From: an uncultured bacterium
GTDB lineage: Bacteria; Patescibacteriota; JACMRA01
Assembly: GCA_963784355.1 (NCBI GenBank)
Contig: CAWAQU010000009.1
Span: 32,001 to 96,000, forward strand
Direction of reading: 5' to 3'
DNA: 64,000 nt
Under the pieces are notes generated by a model, which worked only from the letters and a program-made list of their open reading frames with translations, had not been told where the DNA came from and did no database searches. Shown in pieces: positions 39,842-48,603 of the stretch (the first letter of the stretch is position 1; every line of letters starts with the position of its first letter). The position numbers and the translations under genes were made by a program.

Positions 39842-41317
39842 CTAGTCTTTTGGCCCTAAATTATACCTAGACAGTGCTTCTGATCTAGCTTTTTGATGAT
39901 CAATAATTAGTTTAGGAGAGTAATCAACAGGTAGCCATTTATTTCTGTAAATCGCACCCTGATCAAATTTATCTGCTTGTAAATAGGGATTAAATATCCT
40001 AATTGGCTTGGGATCAGCCCCTACTGAAGCAGCCCACTGCCAACCACCATTATTTGAAGCCTCATCGTGATCAAGCAAGGTATACCTAAAGTATTCTTGT
40101 CCCCAACGCCAATCCACACCAAAATTTTTGCAAAGCACGCTACCCACAACCATACGCATTCTATTATGCATCCAACCTGTTTTGAGCAATTGATTCATTC
40201 CCGCATCTACTAAATCGTATCCTGTTTGACCGTTTACCCAAGCAACAAATCTCTCAATAGCAATACTCTTTTCAGCCCAGCGTATTTTATTTTGATGCTT
40301 TTCCTGCAATTCCAAATCTAATACAAAAGGGAAGTGGTATAATATGTACCTATAAAACTCACGCCAAAGTAATTCCGAAATATATGACTCTATGTTTTCG
40401 TTTTCCAAAATACTCGTTTGATATTTGTTTTTCAATTTACGAACAATGGTCGTAGGTGAAATCAAACCCCATTTTAAAGCCAGACTTAGGTGACTTGTAG
40501 ATTGTTCTTCAGTATCTAACGCTAAACTATTTCTAGATTCTTTATATTCTAGTATATCGTGACTTACAAAATGGTCTAGTTTATCCAAGGCTTGCTCTTC
40601 AGTATAATACCAGCTATCAAGCAAAATCGGTATTTGTAAGTTTGATAAATCAATAGAAAAATCGCCTAAATGTAAATTGGTATCTTTTTTTGCTACTATG
40701 TTTTCAATTTGACTTCTTAGTTCGTTTTCTGAAACACGTGTTTCGATCATTTTCAGATGATTCTTGCCCTCAGATATATTTTGGATAAATTCAACCTGAT
40801 TTAGATCTGCCTCTAAATAATATTTAGCATTTATAAAATCATTGAGCACAACTTTTTTAAAGGGTGTAAATACCGTGTATACGTTACCTGTAGACGAAAC
40901 AACTTGTTTGTCTATTCTCAATTGGTCTGGGAAACAAAATGCTTTTGCAACACCACTAAGGTTAAATAAATCTACAACACTTCTATCTCTTTTAAGTGCA
41001 TATGGCTCAATATCCTCATTGAAATAAAGTTGAACATCGTAAATATCAAGCAATTCTTTAAATATATCCACAGGTTTTCCACAGAATATCCAAAAATTAG
41101 GAAATTGTTTAGCAAAATTAGCCAGAGCCTTAGCTAAGTAAAGCCTTCGATTAAAGCCAACGTTAGTTCTTGGGTCTACAAGCCCATCATCAATGATAAA
41201 AACCGGAGCAAATTTTACATTATTCTCTCTAGCATATTTCAATGCTTCAAATAAAGCTGGATTATCTAACAATCTAAAATCTCTTCTTGACCAAAAAACT
41301 ACTAGCTTCTGTTTCAC
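39842..41317 (-). CDS. phrB: Deoxyribodipyrimidine photolyase (cryptochrome/photolyase family)
   Basis: RRDFRLLDNPAL, ELLWREFY, TGYDLVDAGM, GWMHNRMRM, NNGGWQW, RIFNP. Confidence 0.93.
   Translation of the reverse strand: MKQKLVVFWSRRDFRLLDNPALFEALKYARENNVKFAPVFIIDDGLVDPRTNVGFNRRLYLAKALANFAKQFPNFWIFCGKPVDIFKELLDIYDVQLYFNEDIEPYALKRDRSVVDLFNLSGVAKAFCFPDQLRIDKQVVSSTGNVYTVFTPFKKVVLNDFINAKYYLEADLNQVEFIQNISEGKNHLKMIETRVSENELRSQIENIVAKKDTNLHLGDFSIDLSNLQIPILLDSWYYTEEQALDKLDHFVSHDILEYKESRNSLALDTEEQSTSHLSLALKWGLISPTTIVRKLKNKYQTSILENENIESYISELLWREFYRYILYHFPFVLDLELQEKHQNKIRWAEKSIAIERFVAWVNGQTGYDLVDAGMNQLLKTGWMHNRMRMVVGSVLCKNFGVDWRWGQEYFRYTLLDHDEASNNGGWQWAASVGADPKPIRIFNPYLQADKFDQGAIYRNKWLPVDYSPKLIIDHQKARSEALSRYNLGPKD
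40731..40744. repeat. Palindrome GAAACACGTGTTTC (copy 3, inside the photolyase gene)
   Basis: Perfect 14-bp palindrome. Confidence 0.75.
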
Positions 41318-41342
41318 TTGCTAAATGATTTTACTTAAAAAA

Positions 41343-41972
41343 TTAATACTTCTTGCTGTACATCACATCCTCCCCTGTTCTAGAGTAGTCTAAACTTGCG
41401 TCATCGCCAAACCACAAATTGATTTCGTTATTTGCTTCTTCAAGTGTCTCGCTAGCATGAAATAAATTATGAATAGCTCTACCTTCCACATTAGCAACTG
41501 CTGGGCTATCAACAGAAAAATCACCTCTAATGGTACCCATTTCAGCTTTAAAAGGAAGTGTATGACCTGCTAATTTTCTCACCATATCAATAGCTTGAAT
41601 TCCTTCAATTACCAAACATACTACGGGGCCACTGGTCAAATAGTCTATTAGTGAATCTACTACTTTAGTACCTATTTTATTTTTGTCACTTGTTCCCAAA
41701 AACTCTTCTGCATTTAAATTTAAATCTGAAAAAGTGCTAAGACCCTTATCTCCCAATCTATCAACCCAACCTTGATTTTCCATAGGCAAGTGCTTCATTA
41801 CGATCTCTCTAGTTGGAACAACCATTTTTAATGAAACAATTTTTAAACCAGATTTTTCAATTCTAGAAATAATTTCTCCTACCAAACCTCTAGCCACGCC
41901 ATCTGGTTTGACCATGGCGTAAGTTCTTTGCTTCTTAATACCTTTTATTGTTGGGTGCATTGTGTTAGACAT
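41343..41972 (-). CDS. ndk: Nucleoside diphosphate kinase
   Basis: KPDGVARGLVGEII, SGPVV, GTIRGDF, NLFHAS. Confidence 0.96.
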   Translation of the reverse strand: MSNTMHPTIKGIKKQRTYAMVKPDGVARGLVGEIISRIEKSGLKIVSLKMVVPTREIVMKHLPMENQGWVDRLGDKGLSTFSDLNLNAEEFLGTSDKNKIGTKVVDSLIDYLTSGPVVCLVIEGIQAIDMVRKLAGHTLPFKAEMGTIRGDFSVDSPAVANVEGRAIHNLFHASETLEEANNEINLWFGDDASLDYSRTGEDVMYSKKY

Positions 41973-42182
41973 ATAATACTAAATCAAGTGTATTTGTATG
42001 TTTTGTCAACTTAAAACACATGTTTCAACTTTAAAACCAAGCTTTTATACTAATACAAAAATAACAGGTTGCTTTTGACTCAAGCAAACTTTTTTTGTTT
42101 GAAATATTGAGCATCTTAGCCATCTTAGTTAGCACACTACATAGGTAGAGTTGGTCTTTGGAATATTCCAACTTAAAATAAG

Positions 42183-42896
42183 TTAGTTAAATTTTTTAGC
42201 ACAGGACCAATGTCCTTTTCCGCCATTAGCGAACATCCATGAAGTAATTTCGATTTGTTGATATGGATTCCAAATATCGGGGCTATCTGTTTTTAGTTTG
42301 CTTGCATAGCCGTAAAAAGTCCTATCACCGAACTGAAATAATCCTTTGTACAAACCGTTACTACTAAGTGCATTGGCTCTACCTCCGCTTTCGCAATACA
42401 TGGTACTAATGAGTTCCTCGGCAACACATCCGTTTTTTTGACAAGCTAAACGTATAGCTGATTCAAAATCCATTCCTGTATACGGCGTTTTTACTACAAC
42501 AGGTTCTTCAACTTTAATAACTGGCTTAATTTGGGCTTGAGCGGCTTTTACTGCAGCTTCCTGTTTAACTAATTCAAGTCTAGCTTTTTCTTCTGCTTCT
42601 TTCTGAGCTAAAATTTTAGCCTGAGCTTCTATTTCCGCTGCAATTTCAATTTGGCGTTGTTTTTCCTGAGCATCTTTTTCTTCTTGAATCTTTTTAGCTT
42701 GTTGTACTTCAAGTTCATTAATCAGTGGTTTAGAAACTGTATGATAGTAATGAAAGCTGTCTGTTTGAACAAGCGCTTTGGAATAACTTATCTGATTTAC
42801 CACTTCTTCTTTCTTTTGATCAACAAGTGATGAATTAACTGGTATGGTGATAAGGTTTAGAAGTGCTATCCCAATAATGAAATTTAAAGTCTTCAT
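42183..42896 (-). CDS. Secreted coiled-coil protein with C-terminal lysozyme-like (SLT/Rpf-type) transglycosylase domain
   Basis: Signal/TM segment, E/K/A/Q coiled coil, CESGGRANA...GLFQF with the catalytic Glu motif. Confidence 0.8.
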   Translation of the reverse strand: MKTLNFIIGIALLNLITIPVNSSLVDQKKEEVVNQISYSKALVQTDSFHYYHTVSKPLINELEVQQAKKIQEEKDAQEKQRQIEIAAEIEAQAKILAQKEAEEKARLELVKQEAAVKAAQAQIKPVIKVEEPVVVKTPYTGMDFESAIRLACQKNGCVAEELISTMYCESGGRANALSSNGLYKGLFQFGDRTFYGYASKLKTDSPDIWNPYQQIEITSWMFANGGKGHWSCAKKFN

Positions 42897-42997
42897 ATTT
42901 TCTTCAGGCGGCAAACCTGAATTACTTATTGCCTTTAGGGTCAATTATACATAGATATAGTTTTTTGTAAAGTTTTGACAAATTAACCGATTTATTT

Positions 42998-43260
42998 TTA
43001 TCCACTAGGCTAGTTTTTATCTGATAAAAAATATTTATTAAATAATTTGAATAAGGTTGTGTTTAATCTGTGTATATCTTGAGTATATTATCTTGAGTAA
43101 TATTTTAATAATTACTGTTATTTTACAGTTGTACATTTTTTCCACAGGTAGACCAAAGTTATCCACAATCTTAACATTTCTTATTACTCAGCTTTATAGC
43201 AATGATTCAAGCTTATCCACAACTTTTATCGACATATATTATTATATTACAAATATTTAT
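42998..43260. promoter_or_regulatory. DnaA-box cluster in AT-rich intergenic region (oriC candidate)
   Basis: TTATCCACA at 43159 and 43213; one-mismatch boxes at 42998 (TTATCCACT), 43138 (TTTTCCACA) and 43226 (TTATCGACA); then TATATTATTATATTAC. Confidence 0.6.
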
Positions 43261-43325
43261 TTAAATAAGAATGTATTGACAATAATTACTAAAAATAAAA
43301 GATTGTACTACATAACAATTTAACT

Positions 43326-44471
43326 ATGGCTAAAAAAGCAAATCAAAATAACGTTCAAATACCTACAGGTATAGAAGATAAGAAAAAGATGGCGGACTTG
43401 ATTATTTCCCAGATTAAAACCACATTTGGACAAGGTTCTATCATGAAGATGAATGAAATAGCAAATCCAGATGTAGAAGTTATTTCCACAGGATCTCTTT
43501 CTGTTGACTTAGCTTCTGGAATAGGGGGTTTACCTAAGGGAAGGGTTGTAGAAATCTATGGACCCGAAGCAAGTGGTAAGACAAGTTTGGCTTTATCTGC
43601 TATTGCTCAATCTCAAAAAGAAGGTGGAATTGCTGCCTTTATTGATGCTGAGCATGCTTTAGATCCTGCAAGAGCAGCAGCCTTTGGGGTTAATTTAAAT
43701 GATCTATACCTATCTCAACCTAATAACGGAGAAGAGGCTTTGGAGATTGTGGATAACTTGGTCAGATCGAATGCTTTTGATATTATAGTTGTAGACTCTG
43801 TTGCTGCATTGGTACCAAAAAGTGAAATTGAGGGCAGCATGGGTGATTCATCAATGGGCGTGCAAGCAAGGCTTATGAGTCAAGCGCTTAGAAAATTGAC
43901 CGGTATAATCTCCAAATCAAACACAGTAGTTATATTTATCAATCAGATACGTTTGAAAATTGGAGTCATGTTTGGAAATCCAGAAACTACCACTGGAGGA
44001 CAAGCACTAAAATTTTATGCATCTCAACGATTTGATGTGAGAAAGGTGGGAAATTTAACATCTAACAACGAAACTGTAGGTGTAAGAGTGAGAGTAAAAG
44101 TTGTGAAAAACAAGATGGCAGCTCCATTTAAGACTGTAGAGTTTGATATGATGAACAGTGAACCAGGTGTAATCTCTTTAGCAGGAGAGGTCGTAGATAT
44201 CGGAACTACTTACGAGGTAGTAGTCAAAACAGGAAATACCTACACTTTAAAATCTGAAAAGCAAGGCGAAGTAAAATTGGGAGTTGGGCGCGAGAATGCT
44301 AAAAAGTATTTATATGAGCGTAAAGAATTGCTTGAAGAGGCTAAAATTTTGATTTTAAAAGAATTTAAGAGGAGAATAAAGGAAGGGGTGATCAACCTTA
44401 CTGAGGTAAATGAGCCAAATGATGAAGATTTTACTAAAGTAAACAGTGATTCAGAAGATTCAGAAGAATAG
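43326..44471 (+). CDS. recA: Recombinase RecA
   Basis: [51 protein letters not shown]. Confidence 0.99.
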   Translation: MAKKANQNNVQIPTGIEDKKKMADLIISQIKTTFGQGSIMKMNEIANPDVEVISTGSLSVDLASGIGGLPKGRVVEIYGPEASGKTSLALSAIAQSQKEGGIAAFIDAEHALDPARAAAFGVNLNDLYLSQPNNGEEALEIVDNLVRSNAFDIIVVDSVAALVPKSEIEGSMGDSSMGVQARLMSQALRKLTGIISKSNTVVIFINQIRLKIGVMFGNPETTTGGQALKFYASQRFDVRKVGNLTSNNETVGVRVRVKVVKNKMAAPFKTVEFDMMNSEPGVISLAGEVVDIGTTYEVVVKTGNTYTLKSEKQGEVKLGVGRENAKKYLYERKELLEEAKILILKEFKRRIKEGVINLTEVNEPNDEDFTKVNSDSEDSEE

Positions 44472-44553
44472 TAGCCTAATCAGTTGACAAATTCATTTAA
44501 ATATCTTTGATTAAAGAGTAGAAGATACATCTGTATAGTTGTATATCTACTTA

Positions 44554-44640
44554 CCGGAGTTGGCCGAGCGGTCAATGGCAGCAGACTGTAAATCTGTCGG
44601 GATTATCCCTACCCAAGTTCAAATCTTGGACTCCGGACCA
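44554..44640 (+). tRNA. tRNA-Tyr (GUA) with C1:G72 and long variable arm
   Basis: Acceptor CCGGAGT/ACTCCGG, anticodon arm GCAGA-CTGTAAA-TCTGT, V-arm GGGA-TTA-TCCC, T-loop TTCAAAT, ACCA end. Confidence 0.94.
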
Positions 44641-44644
44641 TCAA

Positions 44645-44719
44645 GCGGGATTTGTATAGTGGTTATTACCTCAGGTTTCCAACCTGATGAGAAGGGTTCG
44701 ATTCCCTTATCCCGCTCCA
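44645..44719 (+). tRNA. tRNA-Gly (UCC)
   Basis: Acceptor GCGGGAT/ATCCCGC, anticodon arm TCAGG-TTTCCAA-CCTGA, T-loop TTCGATT, TCCA end. Confidence 0.95.
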
Positions 44720-44791
44720 ACAAAAAACTAAAAATCAAACAAAATTTAAAATAAAGTTAAGAATAAATATAGAAAACATAAACTTCTCCAA

Positions 44792-44887
44792 AATGAGCTT
44801 GTATCAGAAACTAAGGCAAGCTTTGGAAACAAACACTTACAGTTTTTAACCCGTTGCAAGCAACTAGGTATTCTAAGTATTAATAAA
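44792..44887 (+). repeat. Dispersed non-coding repeat, copy C
   Basis: AATGAGCTTGTATCAGA...TGGAAACAAA...CCCGTTGCAAGCAAC...TATTCT...TAATAAA is collinear with copy A. Confidence 0.8.
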
Positions 44888-44957
44888 AACTTTTTTCTGA
44901 TAAAATCAAAGCTAACCTAGTTTTAGCAAGATTAGACGGCAATAATCAATAAAAATT

Positions 44958-45635
44958 ATGAGCAACCAAAAAGTCAGTAATTCCGATTTAGAGAAATTGA
45001 AAAAAAACACGAAAATTAATAGCGGGGATGAAGAAGATTTGGATAAGAACCAAAATATTGATCTAGAGCCTCAAGAAACAAAAGAAAATGAAGTACCAGA
45101 GGTCAATAATAGTAAAAATGAAGACCCTTACACTGATGTAGAAGTAAAATTACTTCAGGACCATATTGCTTCGCTGGAGAGTGAGTTAAGAGTAGCAAAA
45201 TTAGAGACTGATGATTGGAAAATTAGAACTTCCAGGCTAGCTGCCGATCTTCAAAACATGAGCAAGCAATTAGAATTGGATATAATTCAGGCTAAAAAAT
45301 CCAGTAAGAAAAATTCTATCCTTACAACCTTAGATTTTCTAAATACTTTAAATTTAGCTTTTCTGTATCTTCCACAAACTGAAGATGAGAGCATATTGAA
45401 GTTCTTTAACACTTTAAAATTCAGCTTTACTAAACTGATTGAAGATCTTAAAAGTGTTGGAATTGAAATAATTATTCCGGCTACAGGGGAAGTTTTTAAT
45501 CCGGAGTATATGAGTATCCTAAATCCCGAGAAAGCGCAAGAATATGAAAATTCAGATATTTTAGTTGATAAAGTAGTAAGTTGTGGACTAAAAATCGATG
45601 ATCAAGTGGTTAGACCTTCTAATATCCTAATTTAA
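44958..45635 (+). CDS. grpE: Nucleotide exchange factor GrpE
   Basis: RLAADLQN, GEVFNPE, G.KIDDQVVRPS; acidic N-terminus. Confidence 0.85.
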   Translation: MSNQKVSNSDLEKLKKNTKINSGDEEDLDKNQNIDLEPQETKENEVPEVNNSKNEDPYTDVEVKLLQDHIASLESELRVAKLETDDWKIRTSRLAADLQNMSKQLELDIIQAKKSSKKNSILTTLDFLNTLNLAFLYLPQTEDESILKFFNTLKFSFTKLIEDLKSVGIEIIIPATGEVFNPEYMSILNPEKAQEYENSDILVDKVVSCGLKIDDQVVRPSNILI

Positions 45636-45638
45636 TTC

Positions 45639-45652
45639 GAAACACGTGTTTG
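45639..45652. repeat. Palindrome GAAACACGTGTTTG (copy 4, between convergent grpE and rsgA)
   Basis: Perfect 12-bp core. Confidence 0.75.
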
Positions 45653-45827
45653 AGATTATAACCATTTGAATTAACACAGATGATCCAATTTTTATTAAAA
45701 CTTTCAGGCACCTAAATAGCCTTTAATCTTGGTAAGAAATTATAAATTAGATACAATTCGATCTTTTGCAGTCAGTATCAAAGAGTATAGAATCCTAAAA
45801 ATATTAAAATAATATATAGTTACTCAG

Positions 45828-46850
45828 TTACTCTTGTAACATCCGTTGGTAGCTTTGATATCGATAAATATTAATTTCTCCTAGTTCAACTGCATTTTTA
45901 ACTCCACAACCAGGCTCATGATCATGCAAACAATTCTTGTACTTGCAATATTTTGAAAAATTTTCAAACTCAGGAAAAAAGAAGCGAATATCAGCTTTTA
46001 CAATATCTTCAATACCAAGTGAGCGGATTCCTGGTGTATCAATTATATAAGAATCATTGTCCCACCTATAAAGACTGGTTGCTGTAGTTGTATGTCGGCC
46101 TTTTCCTGTCCTCTGACTTACTTCACTAACTTCTAGGTTTACAGCCGGAATAATTGAGTTTGCAAGAGAAGATTTGCCCACTCCACTATTACCTACTAGT
46201 GCCGATATTGAACCTCGGAGTAAATTCTTAAGTGTATCAATCCCCATGTCGTTAACTACAGATGTTTCTATGACCGGAATTCCACTTGCCTTATAAAAAT
46301 CAATTATAGGGTGTCTCTCTGTAGTGAGCTCCGATTTGCTGATACAAATAACCGGCTTTACATTACCGTTTTGAAGTATCATCAGATACCGATCAATAAA
46401 TCGTGGATGGAACTCCGGATTCTTTGAGCTTGCTACAATCACGGCTATATCTAAATTTGCCACAAGAACATGTTGCTGAAGCGCAACTGGTGCATACCGA
46501 GTGCTATCACCTCTCATACGAGCAATAATAGTTTGTCGATCCTCTTTTTTTACTATATAACCTTGGTCCTGAGTTGTTTTTATAAAATGAACTCGATCAC
46601 CGACCACTAACTGCCCTATTGTTTGTAAATATATAAAATCACTTAAGGAACATTTAGTATAGTTGTCATTATTCATGACTATGAAATTTTTATTTCGAAT
46701 TGCAGCAACAGTTCCGATCAAAGTTGCTTCAGGTGGAAAGCTAGATTCTACTTTTAAATGTTCCCTAGAACCTTGTGGCTTAGTATATTTTTTCTTGGTG
46801 CGTGCTCTAGGATTCCCGTATCTATCCCAAAAATCAGTCTTATTGCTCAT
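45828..46850 (-). CDS. rsgA: Ribosome small subunit-dependent GTPase A
   Basis: VGDRV, GNSGVGKSSL, GKGRHTTT, IDTPGIR, CKYKNCLHDHEPGC. Confidence 0.96.
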   Translation of the reverse strand: MSNKTDFWDRYGNPRARTKKKYTKPQGSREHLKVESSFPPEATLIGTVAAIRNKNFIVMNNDNYTKCSLSDFIYLQTIGQLVVGDRVHFIKTTQDQGYIVKKEDRQTIIARMRGDSTRYAPVALQQHVLVANLDIAVIVASSKNPEFHPRFIDRYLMILQNGNVKPVICISKSELTTERHPIIDFYKASGIPVIETSVVNDMGIDTLKNLLRGSISALVGNSGVGKSSLANSIIPAVNLEVSEVSQRTGKGRHTTTATSLYRWDNDSYIIDTPGIRSLGIEDIVKADIRFFFPEFENFSKYCKYKNCLHDHEPGCGVKNAVELGEINIYRYQSYQRMLQE

Positions 46851-46867
46851 AGGTTCCTACTATCTAA

Positions 46868-48157
46868 TTAAATTAACTTGTCTTCTTCTAAAAGTACTGC
46901 TTTCTCTTCTTTGCCAGATTCCAAGGTATCCATAGTGTTACTAACAGTTATTAGACTGCGATTGGCTAAATCATAATTTTGCTGTGCCTGTCTAATTTTA
47001 TCTCCGAGCTTTCTAAATTCATCCTGGAAAACCTTCACATTTTCTTTAATTTTGCTCAAACCTGCAATAATTTGCTCCGCATTTTGGTTGATATTGTATT
47101 TAAACTGGTAAGTTCTAATAATTAATACTAGAGGAAAAATCGTAATTGGTGAAACAGGTGCTACTTTCAGTTTTTGTAAAGCAGTTACAGTAGCTTCATC
47201 ATTGGCTACTTCAGAATACATTGAATCACTGGGAAGGTACATAAGTAAATGTTCCAAATAGCTATCTTTTTGGTATTTCTTTGAGATATCTTCAGCCATT
47301 TCTAATATACTTCGTAAAAAAGCTTTTAAGGCGGCCTTTTTATTATCTTTATCTGCTTCTAGGTAATCATTGTACTTAGTTGCAGGCAGCTTACAGTCTA
47401 TTCCAATTTTTTTGCCGTCAATTTTTATAACAAAATCAATTTTATCATTTGTTCCTGGAATCACTACTTGTTTTTCCCATGAATTAGGATTTAGATTCTC
47501 TGCTAAAATACTTTCCAAATACTTTTCACCAAAATCACCAATTGCTTTACTGTTAGTACGGCTAAAAATAGAATTTAATTTATCAATAGATGTAGTTGAG
47601 TCAATCATAGTTTGGGCAGCAACTTTCATCTCACCCAAATTTCTTGTAACATCCTCAAAAGACTTTAAATGCTGTAAAAAGTTATCATTAAGCCTTTTTT
47701 GCACATCCTGATTAATTTGTTCTAGTTTATCTTGATTTGTTTTACTTAAAAGTTCAAAGTTTTTGTTTGTCATTTCTTGAAGCTTCCCAAGTTCTGTTCT
47801 ATTCATCTCCGAAATTCCTAAAAGAGCTTGTTGCAACCTTTCCTGTACAGAATTTTGAATATTTGAGAGGCCAGTATTTAAACTTTCTTGGGTGGCTGTT
47901 TGTAATAGACTAAATCTTTGTTCCAACTTGATCTGATTATCTTTGATTTCATTTATTTGCTTGGTACTACCCTCTTGTATAGCCTCAAGTAAGCGGCTGA
48001 GACTACTCATTTGAAAATCACCCATCTTCATGATAATAGAGTTGACTATATTAGTTTGATCAGGTTCAAATTGTTTACCAGGACCTTTTACAATCAGCCA
48101 AGCAAGGATCAAAAGTCCGACTAAATTTACTAAGGATATGAATAACAATAAGTCCAT
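46868..48157 (-). CDS. rmuC: DNA recombination protein RmuC
   Basis: N-terminal TM helix, coiled coil, GDFGEKYL, IDFVI, IDCKLP, MYLPSD. Confidence 0.9.
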   Translation of the reverse strand: MDLLLFISLVNLVGLLILAWLIVKGPGKQFEPDQTNIVNSIIMKMGDFQMSSLSRLLEAIQEGSTKQINEIKDNQIKLEQRFSLLQTATQESLNTGLSNIQNSVQERLQQALLGISEMNRTELGKLQEMTNKNFELLSKTNQDKLEQINQDVQKRLNDNFLQHLKSFEDVTRNLGEMKVAAQTMIDSTTSIDKLNSIFSRTNSKAIGDFGEKYLESILAENLNPNSWEKQVVIPGTNDKIDFVIKIDGKKIGIDCKLPATKYNDYLEADKDNKKAALKAFLRSILEMAEDISKKYQKDSYLEHLLMYLPSDSMYSEVANDEATVTALQKLKVAPVSPITIFPLVLIIRTYQFKYNINQNAEQIIAGLSKIKENVKVFQDEFRKLGDKIRQAQQNYDLANRSLITVSNTMDTLESGKEEKAVLLEEDKLI

Positions 48158-48545
48158 AATTATATATCTTGATACTACTTTAGAGATCTATGAAGGTGAT
48201 ATTGTCAATTGGCAGTATAAGCAACTGTACAAAATTTTGCCTGAAAACGGTCGGCTCAACTTAATTGATAGATTTCAAGATATTTGGATAAATATAAAAG
48301 CAACTTTAGACGAAAAAGAAATATATTTTGTTGTAGCAAAACATGCCGGATTTACGGACTCTAGGGTAGTTTATATTTGGCTTGAGACTAATTTTCTGTT
48401 TGAAAATAAAACTTTTAAAGTAGTCAATTTGCCTGAGGGCTTAACTTTTATTGATTTAGATACTTCGAGCTTTACACAGCTGAATAAAGAATCCTCTAAA
48501 AACTCGAGTATATATTCTGCAAAACCCAGGATCGGCCTAAAATAA
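48138..48545 (+). CDS. Hypothetical protein, possibly a minimal TsaB-like protein
   Basis: IIIYLDTT, AGFTDSRV and C-terminal IYSAKPRI loosely recall TsaB (LAIDT, GSFTGLR); start uncertain. Confidence 0.45.
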   Translation: MNNNKSIIIYLDTTLEIYEGDIVNWQYKQLYKILPENGRLNLIDRFQDIWINIKATLDEKEIYFVVAKHAGFTDSRVVYIWLETNFLFENKTFKVVNLPEGLTFIDLDTSSFTQLNKESSKNSSIYSAKPRIGLK

Positions 48546-48603
48546 CTTGACAAAAAGAGTATATAGCAACATTATTCAACAACTTATCATAAGCAAATAA
48601 ACT

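Noticed and set aside
43057-43323. 88-aa track ORF upstream of recA
   Set aside because: Ile/Leu/Tyr-biased translation of AT-rich DNA that coincides with the DnaA-box cluster
44539-44754. 71-aa track ORF
   Set aside because: Lies over tRNA-Tyr and tRNA-Gly
44880-44957. CIRCE element upstream of grpE
   Set aside because: No TTAGCACTC-N9-GAGTGCTAA; only a short TTAGCA resemblance
29373-45652. AAACACGTGTTT palindrome as a Gram-positive-type LexA box (GAAC-N4-GTTC)
   Set aside because: The arms are AAAC/GTTT with an invariant spacer, the sites lie in CDSs and between convergent genes, and I saw none at the recA, uvrB or ruvB promoters. A different regulator is not excluded.
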